A stretch of DNA of 64,000 bases. It comes from Acidobacteriota bacterium. Its GTDB lineage: Bacteria; Acidobacteriota; CAIWXX01. Both the position numbers and the translations under genes were made by a program. The notes beneath the pieces are model-generated. The model was not told where the DNA came from. It made no database searches and saw only the letters and a list, made by a program, of their open reading frames with translations. Of this stretch, positions 1 through 8,645 are shown in pieces. The DNA is taken from the NCBI GenBank assembly GCA_040755995.1, contig JBFMAF010000049.1, forward strand, positions 32,001 to 96,000, given 5' to 3'. Each line of letters opens with the position of its first letter. Positions within the stretch are counted from its first letter, which is position 1.

Positions 1-1
1 T

Positions 2-307
2 CTGGCGGCTCTGGGGGGAGCCATCCCCGCGGATCGCCTGACGAACCTGACACCGCTCGATCACTCGCACTACATGGCTCTGGCAGCGAAGCTCTGCGAT
101 TTCTACGCGAGCGCCTATTCCGGCTGGGCTCTGCCGGGGAGGCTGGTGGAGCCTCTGGGGAAGGTGTTGTCGGGTCTCATTCAGACCGGGTATGTGTCGA
201 ACCCACGGCACGCAATGAAGTTCCTGATCGAGTTCCTCGACGTGGTGCGTTATCATCCGTCGAAGGTTGCAGGCGTGGTTCGTGACATGCAGTATCAAGT
301 CGGGTGA
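2..307 (+). CDS. 3' end (partial) of a BREX BrxD / DUF2791-like P-loop ATP-binding protein
   Basis: The frame is open from position 2: ...LTNLTPLDHSHYMALAAKLCDFYASAY...NPRHAMKFLIEFLD. This resembles the BrxD/DUF2791 C-terminal helical region (L.PL....L...L...Y..AY...PR...K..V..LD). An Lhr-like helicase lies downstream. The P-loop is outside the window. Confidence 0.55.
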   Translation: MAALGGAIPADRLTNLTPLDHSHYMALAAKLCDFYASAYSGWALPGRLVEPLGKVLSGLIQTGYVSNPRHAMKFLIEFLDVVRYHPSKVAGVVRDMQYQVG

Positions 308-370
308 TGCAGCCGGGCGGCTGCCCACGGCGCTGCGTACAGAAGCGTGACCGCGGCAGATTCCATGTTG

Positions 371-385
371 TACAATAACGGAATG
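371..385 (+). promoter_or_regulatory. Putative -10 element (TACAAT) just before the ATG; possible leaderless transcript
   Basis: TACAAT at 371-376, ATG at 383, no clear Shine-Dalgarno in between. Confidence 0.35.
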
Positions 386-1947
386 AAGAAGCTTCCACTG
401 GGCATCAGCACGTTCAGCGACATTGTGCGCCAGGGTCGTCTGTACGTCGACAAGACGCGATGGATCCACAAGCTGGTGGCTGAGGGCGGCAAGTACTTCT
501 TCCTCTCGCGCCCGCGGCGATTCGGGAAGTCGCTGCTCGTCTCGACGCTGAAGGAGATCTTCGAAGGCAACCGGGATCTCTTCGCCGGACTGTGGATTCA
601 TGACAAGCTCGACTGGACACCCAACCCCGTGATCCGGCTCGACTGTTCTGCGATCAACTATGATACACCGGACGCGCTGAAGAGTTCGCTGGTCACTGTC
701 CTGAGCGAGATTGCCGCTGGCGCTGGGTTGGCCCTCGATGCGGGCGACTACAAGATGGCACTCCGCGAGCTGATACTGAGGCTGTCGGCCAGAGGCAGGG
801 TAGCTTTGCTCGTAGACGAGTACGACAAACCGCTGGTGGACTTCGTGGACGTGCCTGAGATCGCCGCCGCGAATCGTGACGTGCTAAGGAGCTTCTATTC
901 GACCATCAAGGGCTGTGACGAGTACCTGCAGTTCGTGCTGGTAACGGGTGTTTCGAAGTTTTCGCGCGTGTCGCTCTTCTCAGGGCTGAACAACCTGGAT
1001 GACATAACTGTGGATGATCGCTTCTCGACCCTGCTCGGATGGACTGAGGACGAGCTTCAGGCCACATTCGCAGAGTGGATCGATGTCGCATGTGAGCGGA
1101 TGGGAATCGGGCGGGATGAAATGATCGAACGTGTTAGGGAGTGGTACAACGGGTACTCATGGGATGGACGCACTTTCGTATACAACCCTCAGTCCATTCT
1201 GAGCCTGTTTTCGAAGATGCGGTTCGGCAACTTCTGGTTCGAGACGGGCACTCCAAGCTTCCTCCTGAAGATGATCCGGCAGCACGATGTGAACATCGGT
1301 GAGCTGGAGGCCTATGTGACCGATGACAGCCTCTTCGAGACCTACGACGTCGACCGCATGAACGTGCCTTCGCTGCTCTTTCAGAGCGGTTACCTGACGG
1401 TCAAGCACATCAAGACGGACGTGAGTGGAGCCAGGGAGTACACGCTATCCTATCCGAATCGCGAAGTGCGCGAGTCGCTCCTCAAGCACATCCTCGCGGA
1501 TTTCTCGAAGAGCCAGACGGACACGGCGGGGCTGACAGCACGCCGAATGGCTGCACGCATCGCGCGCCATGACCTGGAGGGGTTCTTTGCGCTGCAGCGT
1601 AGCGTTCGCTTTTGGCTTCCATCCCCTACGACGCTTTCGTTCGCGACCGCGAGGGCTACTACGAGACGGTGATCTACCTGGCATTGGCGTTGATGGGCGT
1701 CGACGTGAAGACGGAGTTGGAGACAAACCTCGGCCGGGTGGACGCGGTTGTGGAAACCCCCGCCCGAGTCTACGTGATGGAGTTCAAGATGGGCACGCCG
1801 GAGGAGGCGCTCGCGCAGATCCGCGAGAAGCGTTACTGGGAGCGCTTCCTCGCATCGGGTAGGCAAATCGTGCTCGTCGGCGCCGGCCTCGATCGCAGCG
1901 CACACAACATCGCCGGGCACCTCGTGGAAACGATCGAGCAATCATGA
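383..1947 (+). pseudogene. AAA-ATPase-like protein with C-terminal PD-(D/E)XK nuclease domain (AAA-ATPase_like + PDDEXK_9 architecture), frameshifted
   Basis: N-terminus MKKLPLGISTF..YVDKT, SRPRRFGKSL, LVDEYDKP, TGVSKF, WYNGY, FWFETGTP, YPNREV. The C-terminal GRVD...VMEFK nuclease is in another frame (1612-1947). An AGCGT duplication at 1596-1605 explains the shift. Confidence 0.85.
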
Positions 1948-2067
1948 TCCTTGGAGCACCCGGCCGGGAGGAAGGCCGACCTTCTGAAACCAGCATCAGG
2001 TCACGGCCTGCGGTACTCCTGGCCGAATACGCTTGTGGCATGAAAGCGATCCAGAATCAGCTGGGAC

Positions 2068-4170
2068 ATGCAGCCCGGCGCTGAGGGCCCCGCGGAAATT
2101 CCGTTGGCGACCGAGAGGGAAATCCGCGCGATACTCCCGCGCACATGGCACGCACTGCTCGGGCATTTCGGCCGCCTGACGCCGATTCAGTGCCTCGCCA
2201 TCCCCGAAGTCGAGCGCGGAAAGCACGTCCTGGTCAACGCACCCACGGCGTCGGGCAAGACGGAGGCCCTGGTGGCGCCCGTAGCGGAGCGGATTCTCGG
2301 CGTCCGGTCCGGCGCAGGCGGGGCGTCTCAGGCAGTCCGCGCCCTGATCATCACGCCCACACGAGCGCTGGCAAACGACCTGGAGCGACGACTCCAACCG
2401 CCGCTCGCGCGGGCCTCGCTGAGCGTTGCGGTCAAGACCGGCGACCACCCCGGGTTCCGCGACGAAACACCGCCTGATTTCCTTATCACCACACCGGAGT
2501 CGCTCGACTCGATGGAAGCCCGGCGCCCCGGCGCGCTCAGGGAAGTGATCGCAGTGATCCTGGACGATGCGCAGCTCGTTCGCGGCACGGCGCGAGGTGA
2601 CCAGCTTCGGTGTCTGTTGTGTCGGCTCGATCGCATCGCCAAGAACCCCCCGCAGCGGTGCGCGGCCACCGCTACCGTGGTCGACAGCACGGCACTCCTG
2701 CATGAGTTCCTCGGACCGCAGGCGATCTGCGTGCAGGCGGCCGGCGCGACCGGCTTGCAGCGCGCCATCGACGCCCGGTTGGCGCCGGCCACATTGCTGG
2801 ACGAAGCTGCTGCGGCCGTGATCAGGCTGTTCACCGAGGCGCCGGGCCGCAAGATGCTCGTCTTCGTCAACACGCGCGCCGAGGTCGAGACACTCGCCGC
2901 GCGGCTGGCCCTGGCGCCGTCGCTCGCCTCTCGCGTCTATGCCCATCACGGGAGCCTCGCCCGCGGTGAGAGACTCCGCGTCGAGCGCCAGTTCAAGGGT
3001 GCGCCTACCGCAGTGTGCGTGGCGACGATGACCCTCGAGATCGGGATCGACATCGGTGACGTGGACCGCGTAGTGCTGCTGTCGCCGCCGCCTGACGTGT
3101 CTTCGCTCCTGCAACGAGTCGGCCGGGGCAACCGGCGCGAGGATGTCACGCGGGTGTTGGGGTTGTACTCGGGGGAGCTGGAATGCCGGCGTTTCGAGCA
3201 CCTGCTGGCGTGCGCCGCGTACGGCCGGTTCTTCGACGACCCCGTGCCTTTCCGGCCGACGGTCATTGCCCAGCAGGCGCTGAGCCTGGTTATGCAGAAC
3301 AGTCGAGGCTGGGTATCGGCGGCCGTCGTGCACGAGCGGCTCCCCGAGGATGCCGCTCGAGTGTGGTCCGGCGGCGATTGCAAGGCCATTCTGGCGGCCC
3401 TGGCCGATGCCGGCTACCTGCGTGAGGTGTCTCGCGGGCGTTTCGTCGCCGATGCTGAGTCGGAGGTACTGTTTGAACGCGGCCGGGCCCATTCGATGAT
3501 CGAGGACGTGCGCGAGACAGAGGTGGTGGATGCGATGACAGGGCAGTGCGTGGGGCGCGCCCGTTTTGGCCGGTCGGAGAAGGAACGCGTGAAGGGCGGC
3601 GAGGAGATACACCTATCGCTCGGCGGCCGCCGGCGCGCGGTGACGCATGTGCGCGAGCACAGGATCTACGTGACCAGCTCGGCCGGATTGGAAGAGGCTC
3701 GCTTCGTCGCGCGCGAGGCTCCGCGATACTCTGCGGGGCTGGCAGGCGATTTCGGGAAATTCCTCGGGGTGAACCCGGGCGTGATGTACATCGAGCAGCT
3801 GGCGAGTCACTCGTGGCGGCTCGCGCATTTCCTCGGTTCGATCTGGGGCCAGACGCTGGCCCGGCTTCTTGTTGCCTGCGGGCACAAGACGCATGGAGCA
3901 GATCCCTTCTTCATATGGCTCGATCAGCCTCTGCCCTCCGGCAGACTGGATCTCGGGGACCAAGAGAGGGTGGCCGGGATCGTTGAGCGACTCGTTGCAT
4001 CCGGGCTTGGGTCGCTGGCAAGACAGCTGGGGGTCGGGCCTTTCCAATCGGTGGTGCCGCGGGGTATCATGGAGCGATGGGTGCGCGAGTCGATCGACGT
4101 AGACGCCTTCGTCGAGAGGGTGATGCGGGTCCGAGTCCTGGAAAAAGCGCTGCTCGACGAGACGGCATAG
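2068..4170 (+). CDS. Lhr-like SF2 (DEAD/DEAH-box) helicase, BrxHI-like
   Basis: Q-motif LTPIQ, Walker A APTASGKTEA, PTRALAND, TTPESL, motif II variant ILDDAQ, FVNTR, HHGSL, ATMTLEIGIDIG, QRVGRGNRR. Confidence 0.85.
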   Translation: MQPGAEGPAEIPLATEREIRAILPRTWHALLGHFGRLTPIQCLAIPEVERGKHVLVNAPTASGKTEALVAPVAERILGVRSGAGGASQAVRALIITPTRALANDLERRLQPPLARASLSVAVKTGDHPGFRDETPPDFLITTPESLDSMEARRPGALREVIAVILDDAQLVRGTARGDQLRCLLCRLDRIAKNPPQRCAATATVVDSTALLHEFLGPQAICVQAAGATGLQRAIDARLAPATLLDEAAAAVIRLFTEAPGRKMLVFVNTRAEVETLAARLALAPSLASRVYAHHGSLARGERLRVERQFKGAPTAVCVATMTLEIGIDIGDVDRVVLLSPPPDVSSLLQRVGRGNRREDVTRVLGLYSGELECRRFEHLLACAAYGRFFDDPVPFRPTVIAQQALSLVMQNSRGWVSAAVVHERLPEDAARVWSGGDCKAILAALADAGYLREVSRGRFVADAESEVLFERGRAHSMIEDVRETEVVDAMTGQCVGRARFGRSEKERVKGGEEIHLSLGGRRRAVTHVREHRIYVTSSAGLEEARFVAREAPRYSAGLAGDFGKFLGVNPGVMYIEQLASHSWRLAHFLGSIWGQTLARLLVACGHKTHGADPFFIWLDQPLPSGRLDLGDQERVAGIVERLVASGLGSLARQLGVGPFQSVVPRGIMERWVRESIDVDAFVERVMRVRVLEKALLDETA

Positions 4171-4180
4171 GCTAGGGGGG

Positions 4181-5917
4181 ATGGAGTCGCAGAAGCTGGG
4201 CCGCAACGACCCCTGCCCGTGCGGGAGCGGGAAGAAGTACAAGAAATGCTGCATCGGGAAGCCGGGAGACCCGGCGGGCCGGTCCGGGATCGAGGCACCG
4301 AGTAGCTCACCCGCGCCGTTCGTTGACTATGCGCATGAGCTCCATGAGAGCCTCGACGAGATCCTGAGGGCCGGAACCGGAGTGATCAGGCGCAGAGGAG
4401 AGGACTGTGTCGACGAGCTGTGCAGGGCCCTGGGTCTCGACGCCGCGCGAGTCGAAAGAACCGTTGGCTCGAGGTTGCCGGCGCTCTATAGCTACCTGGG
4501 AAGCGAGCTGCTGACGCCGGCGCAGGAGCGTGTCCGGCAGAGTGTCGGCAGGCAGCTCTACTACCACGAGTCCCGAGCTCTGTACCGCCAGTTGTTGCGG
4601 ACGCCTCTGAAACTTTGGAACGTGCAGCTGGGCCCGGGATGGACCAGCGCGCGCGCGGAGCTCGGCCCGTGCTCAAACGTCCTGGAGCGCGTATCAGCCG
4701 CCCTGTCGATCGGCCAAAACGTGGCCGGTGCCTGGCTCGCCGGATGGATTCTCACCTACGGTGGGCAGCGGTTCTTCGTTTGCATGTCCCAGCTTCAAGG
4801 CGATGGGATAGGGCGCGTCTTACGAGCCTCCCAGCGGGTTTCTGCGGCCAGCGACGACGAATTCTGGGGCGCTCTGGCCGGTGACATGCTCCGAGCATTG
4901 GTCGATCCGTCCGGTCGGATGACCACGCGAGCGCCTTCTCAGACGAAGGTGACGCCAGCGGGCCCTGAAGACTTCATTCAGAGATACTACGGCCAGATGG
5001 TCCACGAGCAGGTCGCCACCCAGATTGCCGAGGCGTGGCACCGGCCGATTCGCATATCAGTCAAACGCCGCGACCGCCGCGAGATACGCTGGTTCCGCGA
5101 GGAAGTCGCCAGGGCGGTGACCGCCGAGCAGAGGCAGCGTCTGATCGAAACTGCGCGGCTGGTTCTGGAGGCCGCGCTTCGAAATGCGTCGCGTCCGGAG
5201 CTCTCCTTCGACCTCATGACGCAATGCGACGTCGGGCTGGTGCTGGCACCGTTCGGGGTGCGCGAGGACGGATCTCTCGCCCATCTGGACGAGGATGTGC
5301 TCGTGCGCCGCCCTGCGGCACTCCTGGCGCTGGCCGACGACCACCCGATCTGGGCGGACTTGCACTCATCTGTGCCCGTCCGCAGTGTGCTCGCCTGGGC
5401 CCGGGACCGATCCAACACAACCCGTGCGTCCTCCGTCGAGAAGGCGTATGCGCTGTACCTCGCTGAAGAAAGGTGGCTTGCGACGTTCCGGCCCATCGCC
5501 GCGGAGAAGATGCAGCTACGTTTCGGCCCGACGCTCGCGGTCGTGCTTCACGCGCTGCTGGAGCTGTTCCATCCGGACGTCCCTGATGCTCCACTCAACA
5601 CGATCGAGCTGGGCTCGGGAGGTTTCGTTCGCCTCTGCCACGCGATCGAGCGGGTGCGGGGAGAATCCAGGCGCCGCGATGAATGGCGCGTCCGGGATCT
5701 CCCGCAGAACGCCTCGGCGCTCTTGCATGGCCCCGGCTACGGACAGATCACCCATGCTCGCCTCCTGACCGGGTTGCTCGCCCACGCCGAGACGTGGCGC
5801 GCACGCCGCGCCGGCCTCGATCCGGCGGCCATCGATCGCCAGGAAGCGCCGTCGCCTGCCCGCGAGGCGCTGAGAGAAGGGCTCGAGGAGCTCGCATCGC
5901 TTTTCGAGCCGTCGTGA
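4181..5917 (+). CDS. SEC-C motif (Zn-binding) protein, possible RNAP alpha-CTD-like domain near C-terminus
   Basis: N-terminal GRNDPCPCGSGKKYKKCC. Starts 10 bp after the helicase stop with a G-rich RBS. 578 aa. Confidence 0.75.
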   Translation: MESQKLGRNDPCPCGSGKKYKKCCIGKPGDPAGRSGIEAPSSSPAPFVDYAHELHESLDEILRAGTGVIRRRGEDCVDELCRALGLDAARVERTVGSRLPALYSYLGSELLTPAQERVRQSVGRQLYYHESRALYRQLLRTPLKLWNVQLGPGWTSARAELGPCSNVLERVSAALSIGQNVAGAWLAGWILTYGGQRFFVCMSQLQGDGIGRVLRASQRVSAASDDEFWGALAGDMLRALVDPSGRMTTRAPSQTKVTPAGPEDFIQRYYGQMVHEQVATQIAEAWHRPIRISVKRRDRREIRWFREEVARAVTAEQRQRLIETARLVLEAALRNASRPELSFDLMTQCDVGLVLAPFGVREDGSLAHLDEDVLVRRPAALLALADDHPIWADLHSSVPVRSVLAWARDRSNTTRASSVEKAYALYLAEERWLATFRPIAAEKMQLRFGPTLAVVLHALLELFHPDVPDAPLNTIELGSGGFVRLCHAIERVRGESRRRDEWRVRDLPQNASALLHGPGYGQITHARLLTGLLAHAETWRARRAGLDPAAIDRQEAPSPAREALREGLEELASLFEPS

Positions 5918-5922
5918 GTCGC
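5817..5922 (+). repeat. Imperfect direct repeat, copy 1 (3' end of SEC-C gene)
   Basis: Aligns without gaps to 7311-7416, about 11 mismatches in 106 bp by manual count. Confidence 0.9.
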
Positions 5923-5975
5923 ATGGGGTCTGCTCGCAGCGCCGCCTGATCCGGGAATCGCGGAGCACTTCGATT

Positions 5976-7238
5976 TCAGATCAGGAGGATCGGAAGCAAG
6001 CCCGCAACGGTCAGTGCGGCCTGGAGGATCAGGCTGTAAAGACCCGTCTTGTTCCTGGCTATGCCGTATGCGTAGAGGCCTTTCACGATGTTGTTGCTGG
6101 CCATCGTTATCACTATCGCGCTGGCCGCGTGCGGAAGCGGGATGGCAGTCCCCACCGACTGCGTCAGGCTCATGATGAATGGGACTGGGGATGTGACCCC
6201 GATGAGTCCGGCCAGAGCGTAGACTCCGGTTTCACCGAGGTAGCTTACAACGAGCTGTGTGATGATCGTCATGGCTACGACCGATGCGCCGAAGAACAGG
6301 GCCGCCTTGAGCTCGAGCGGGTTTCTGTGCTGGTGGTCCCGGGTGACCTTGGATGTCACCGGGTCGGGGATCTTTGTGAAGAGGTAGCCCGCGACGAAGG
6401 CCGCCAGCGCCAGGATCAGGAGAGGCCACTGGAGCGCGCTTCTGAGGGCCGAGCTGAACATCGCCACCAGGATGAATATCCGGAAGTAGCTGGCCGACGA
6501 CGAAATCAGCATGGCGCCGGATAGAAGGTGGGGCCGGTCGTGCTGCTTTGACTTCTTGGCCAGCACGATTGCCGTCATGGTCGATGAGTAGGCGCCGCCC
6601 AGCAGTGCCGAGATGATAATCTCACCCCGCTCTTTCGTCAGCCATTCGAGGACGTAGCTCGCATAGGAGATGGCGCACACGGCTACGACCACCACCCACG
6701 TCTGGAACGGGTTCAGGTGGAAGGCGGTGAAATCCCGGTTCGGCAACACTGGGAGTATCACGGCGGTCAATACCAGGAACTTCGTGAAGGTGACGATCTC
6801 GTGGAGAGGCAGCTTGCTGGCGAGCTCTTCCAGGGCGCCCTTGAGCTCGAGCAGCAGCATGCTGGCGACGACGATCGTGGATGCGACCCAATAGTGCTGG
6901 TAATACACAAGGGCGCCCAGCACGTAGGTCTCCAGCCCGGTGAACTCTGTAGTGGCGCCAGCCGCCTCAGCGCTCGCGAGCTTGTGCTTGTACGAGACCA
7001 GGAGGAAGGCGCCTACGACGGCGAACCCGAGCGCCACCGGCAGCAAGTTCTGGCCCGAGATCAGCGCCATGGCGTAGCCGACCAGGCCGACGAGAGGGAA
7101 CGTTCTGACGCCGCCGAAGTAGTAGTGCGTGCCGTGCTGCCTGCACTCTTCCCGCTCCAGCCCGATCAGGAAGGAGAGGAAGATGACCATCACGATCTTG
7201 AGGCCCTCGACGGGGAGCAGGTTGATCAGTTCTTGCAT
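5976..7238 (-). CDS. MgtC/SapB family membrane protein with DUF4010 domain
   Basis: LIGLERE, GGVRTFPL, GATTE, VILPVLP, ISYASY, LGGAYSST, NPLEL, SNNIVK; many transmembrane segments. Confidence 0.85.
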   Translation of the reverse strand: MQELINLLPVEGLKIVMVIFLSFLIGLEREECRQHGTHYYFGGVRTFPLVGLVGYAMALISGQNLLPVALGFAVVGAFLLVSYKHKLASAEAAGATTEFTGLETYVLGALVYYQHYWVASTIVVASMLLLELKGALEELASKLPLHEIVTFTKFLVLTAVILPVLPNRDFTAFHLNPFQTWVVVVAVCAISYASYVLEWLTKERGEIIISALLGGAYSSTMTAIVLAKKSKQHDRPHLLSGAMLISSSASYFRIFILVAMFSSALRSALQWPLLILALAAFVAGYLFTKIPDPVTSKVTRDHQHRNPLELKAALFFGASVVAMTIITQLVVSYLGETGVYALAGLIGVTSPVPFIMSLTQSVGTAIPLPHAASAIVITMASNNIVKGLYAYGIARNKTGLYSLILQAALTVAGLLPILLI

Positions 7239-7310
7239 CTGCGGGTGCCTATCCTCTCGGCCGCAAGCATATGCCCCGGCGCGAGTCGGCGCAACTCAGG
7301 TCTCGATCCG

Positions 7311-7416
7311 TCGATCCAGCCGCCATCGATCGCCAGGAAGCAGCGTCGCCGGCCCGCGAGGCACTGAGAGAAGGGATCGAGGAGCTCACATCGCTTTTCG
7401 AGCCTTCGCGAGCCGC
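7311..7416 (+). repeat. Imperfect direct repeat, copy 2 (non-coding duplicate of the SEC-C gene 3' end)
   Basis: Encodes DPAAIDRQEAASPAREALREGIEELTSLFEPS versus DPAAIDRQEAPSPAREALREGLEELASLFEPS in copy 1. Confidence 0.9.
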
Positions 7417-7486
7417 GCGGAGCCTGGTAGTAGAGCGGTGGTGCGGGCGCTCACATCCGATAGTGCCGGCTGAATGCTGAAGTACT

Positions 7487-8467
7487 TCAGTCATGGTCGC
7501 GGAGGTATTCATCGAGAAGCCGATGGAGCTGGCTGGTCATGTACAGGGGCAACGACAGCAGCGTGTAGCTGATCTTCCGAACGCCTCCCTTGCCGCCGAC
7601 CGCGGTGGTGAAGGTCCCGATTGATGGCATGTCCGTGTTGAAACGCACTGCGAAATCCCTGCCCTTCTCCGCAAGAAAGACCTGCGTCGACTTCAGACTG
7701 CCGGAGGTACCCGCACGGACCTCCAGCGGGATGATGTGACCTTCCTGCGCCCAGATGTAGTCCACTTCCGCGTTGGAGTTCTTCTCCTCGCGGTGCCAGT
7801 AGTATAGCGGGCGATCTTCGAATGCAGGGCCGAGGCTTCGGAGTTCCTGCCCCACGAATTGCTCGGCGAGCCTCCCCTCCTGCACAGTAAGGATTCCCGC
7901 GCCATCCGGTAGACTGAGGCCGCACAGGTTGTTGCAGAGGCCGATGTCGAGCAGCAGTGGTTTGAAATGCGCGTCCGACGACTCCGCACCGAGCGGAATC
8001 CCGTTGGCCGACGTGTGCCGCACCAACGTGAAGATTCGGCTGAGTTCGAGAAGCTCGATGGCTGTACGCAGCTCGGCGGACCGCACCTCGCGGCTTATGT
8101 TGACGTACTGGACCTTGCGGCCGATGTTCCGCGGAACGTAGCGCAGCACCTGTCGCATGTTTCGCTGCTGCGCACGCGTTCCGTACTTGGCGAAATCATC
8201 TTGAAGGGTCGTGACGATCGAAGCCAGGATTCGTTGGACCTCCAGCAAGTCCTGGCGCTCGGCATAAGCCGCGACGGCTGAAGGCATCCCGCCGATGAAG
8301 AAGTAGAGTCGCAGGAGCTCTCGGAGCCTTGCAGCGGCAGCGTCTCCGAGATCGTCGCCGATGTGATACCCACTCAGGTGATCTGCAAGGGCGTCCTCGC
8401 CAAGCGCCCGCAGGAACTCGTGGAAAGTGACGGGATGCAGGTGGAGATATTCGATCCGCCCAACCGG
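7487..8467 (-). pseudogene. 5'-truncated AAA_14/DUF4143 ATP-binding protein
   Basis: Homology-like sequence begins at PVGRIEYLHLHPVTFHEFL, followed by IGGMP, LLDIGL, LAEQFVGQEL, YYWHRE..NAEVDY, PLEV. The N-terminal Walker A/B domain is absent, and the upstream part of ORF 7487-8701 is unrelated. Confidence 0.8.
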
Positions 8468-8505
8468 CGAGGTCTGATCAGGACCCCCACCACTGACGGG
8501 AGCCT

Positions 8506-8640
8506 CTACTTCAACTGGAACGGGACCGTATTGCTCTTCTTGCCTTGCACCTGCACGTAGACGCCGTAGGTCTTGCCGCTCTTGCACTGCGTCGGGATCG
8601 TCACGGTGAGCTTCTTTGCCGTCGCCTTCTTCACGGAGTC
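8506..8640 (-). pseudogene. Orphan C-terminal fragment of an IPT/TIG (Ig-like) domain protein
   Basis: The minus strand reads DSVKKATAKKLTVTIPTQCKSGKTYGVYVQVQGKKSNTVPFQLK*, matching the IPT/TIG ending (L.VTIP......G...V.V...G..SN...F). No start; abuts the kinase stop codon. Confidence 0.6.
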
Positions 8641-8645
8641 CGTTC

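Noticed and set aside
1996..3612. Long antisense ORFs (also 28696-30537, 41552-43054, 49043-50710, 52433-54292, 53578-55377, 57187-58671)
   Set aside because: Typical high-GC shadow frames opposite well-supported genes, with no recognisable motifs.
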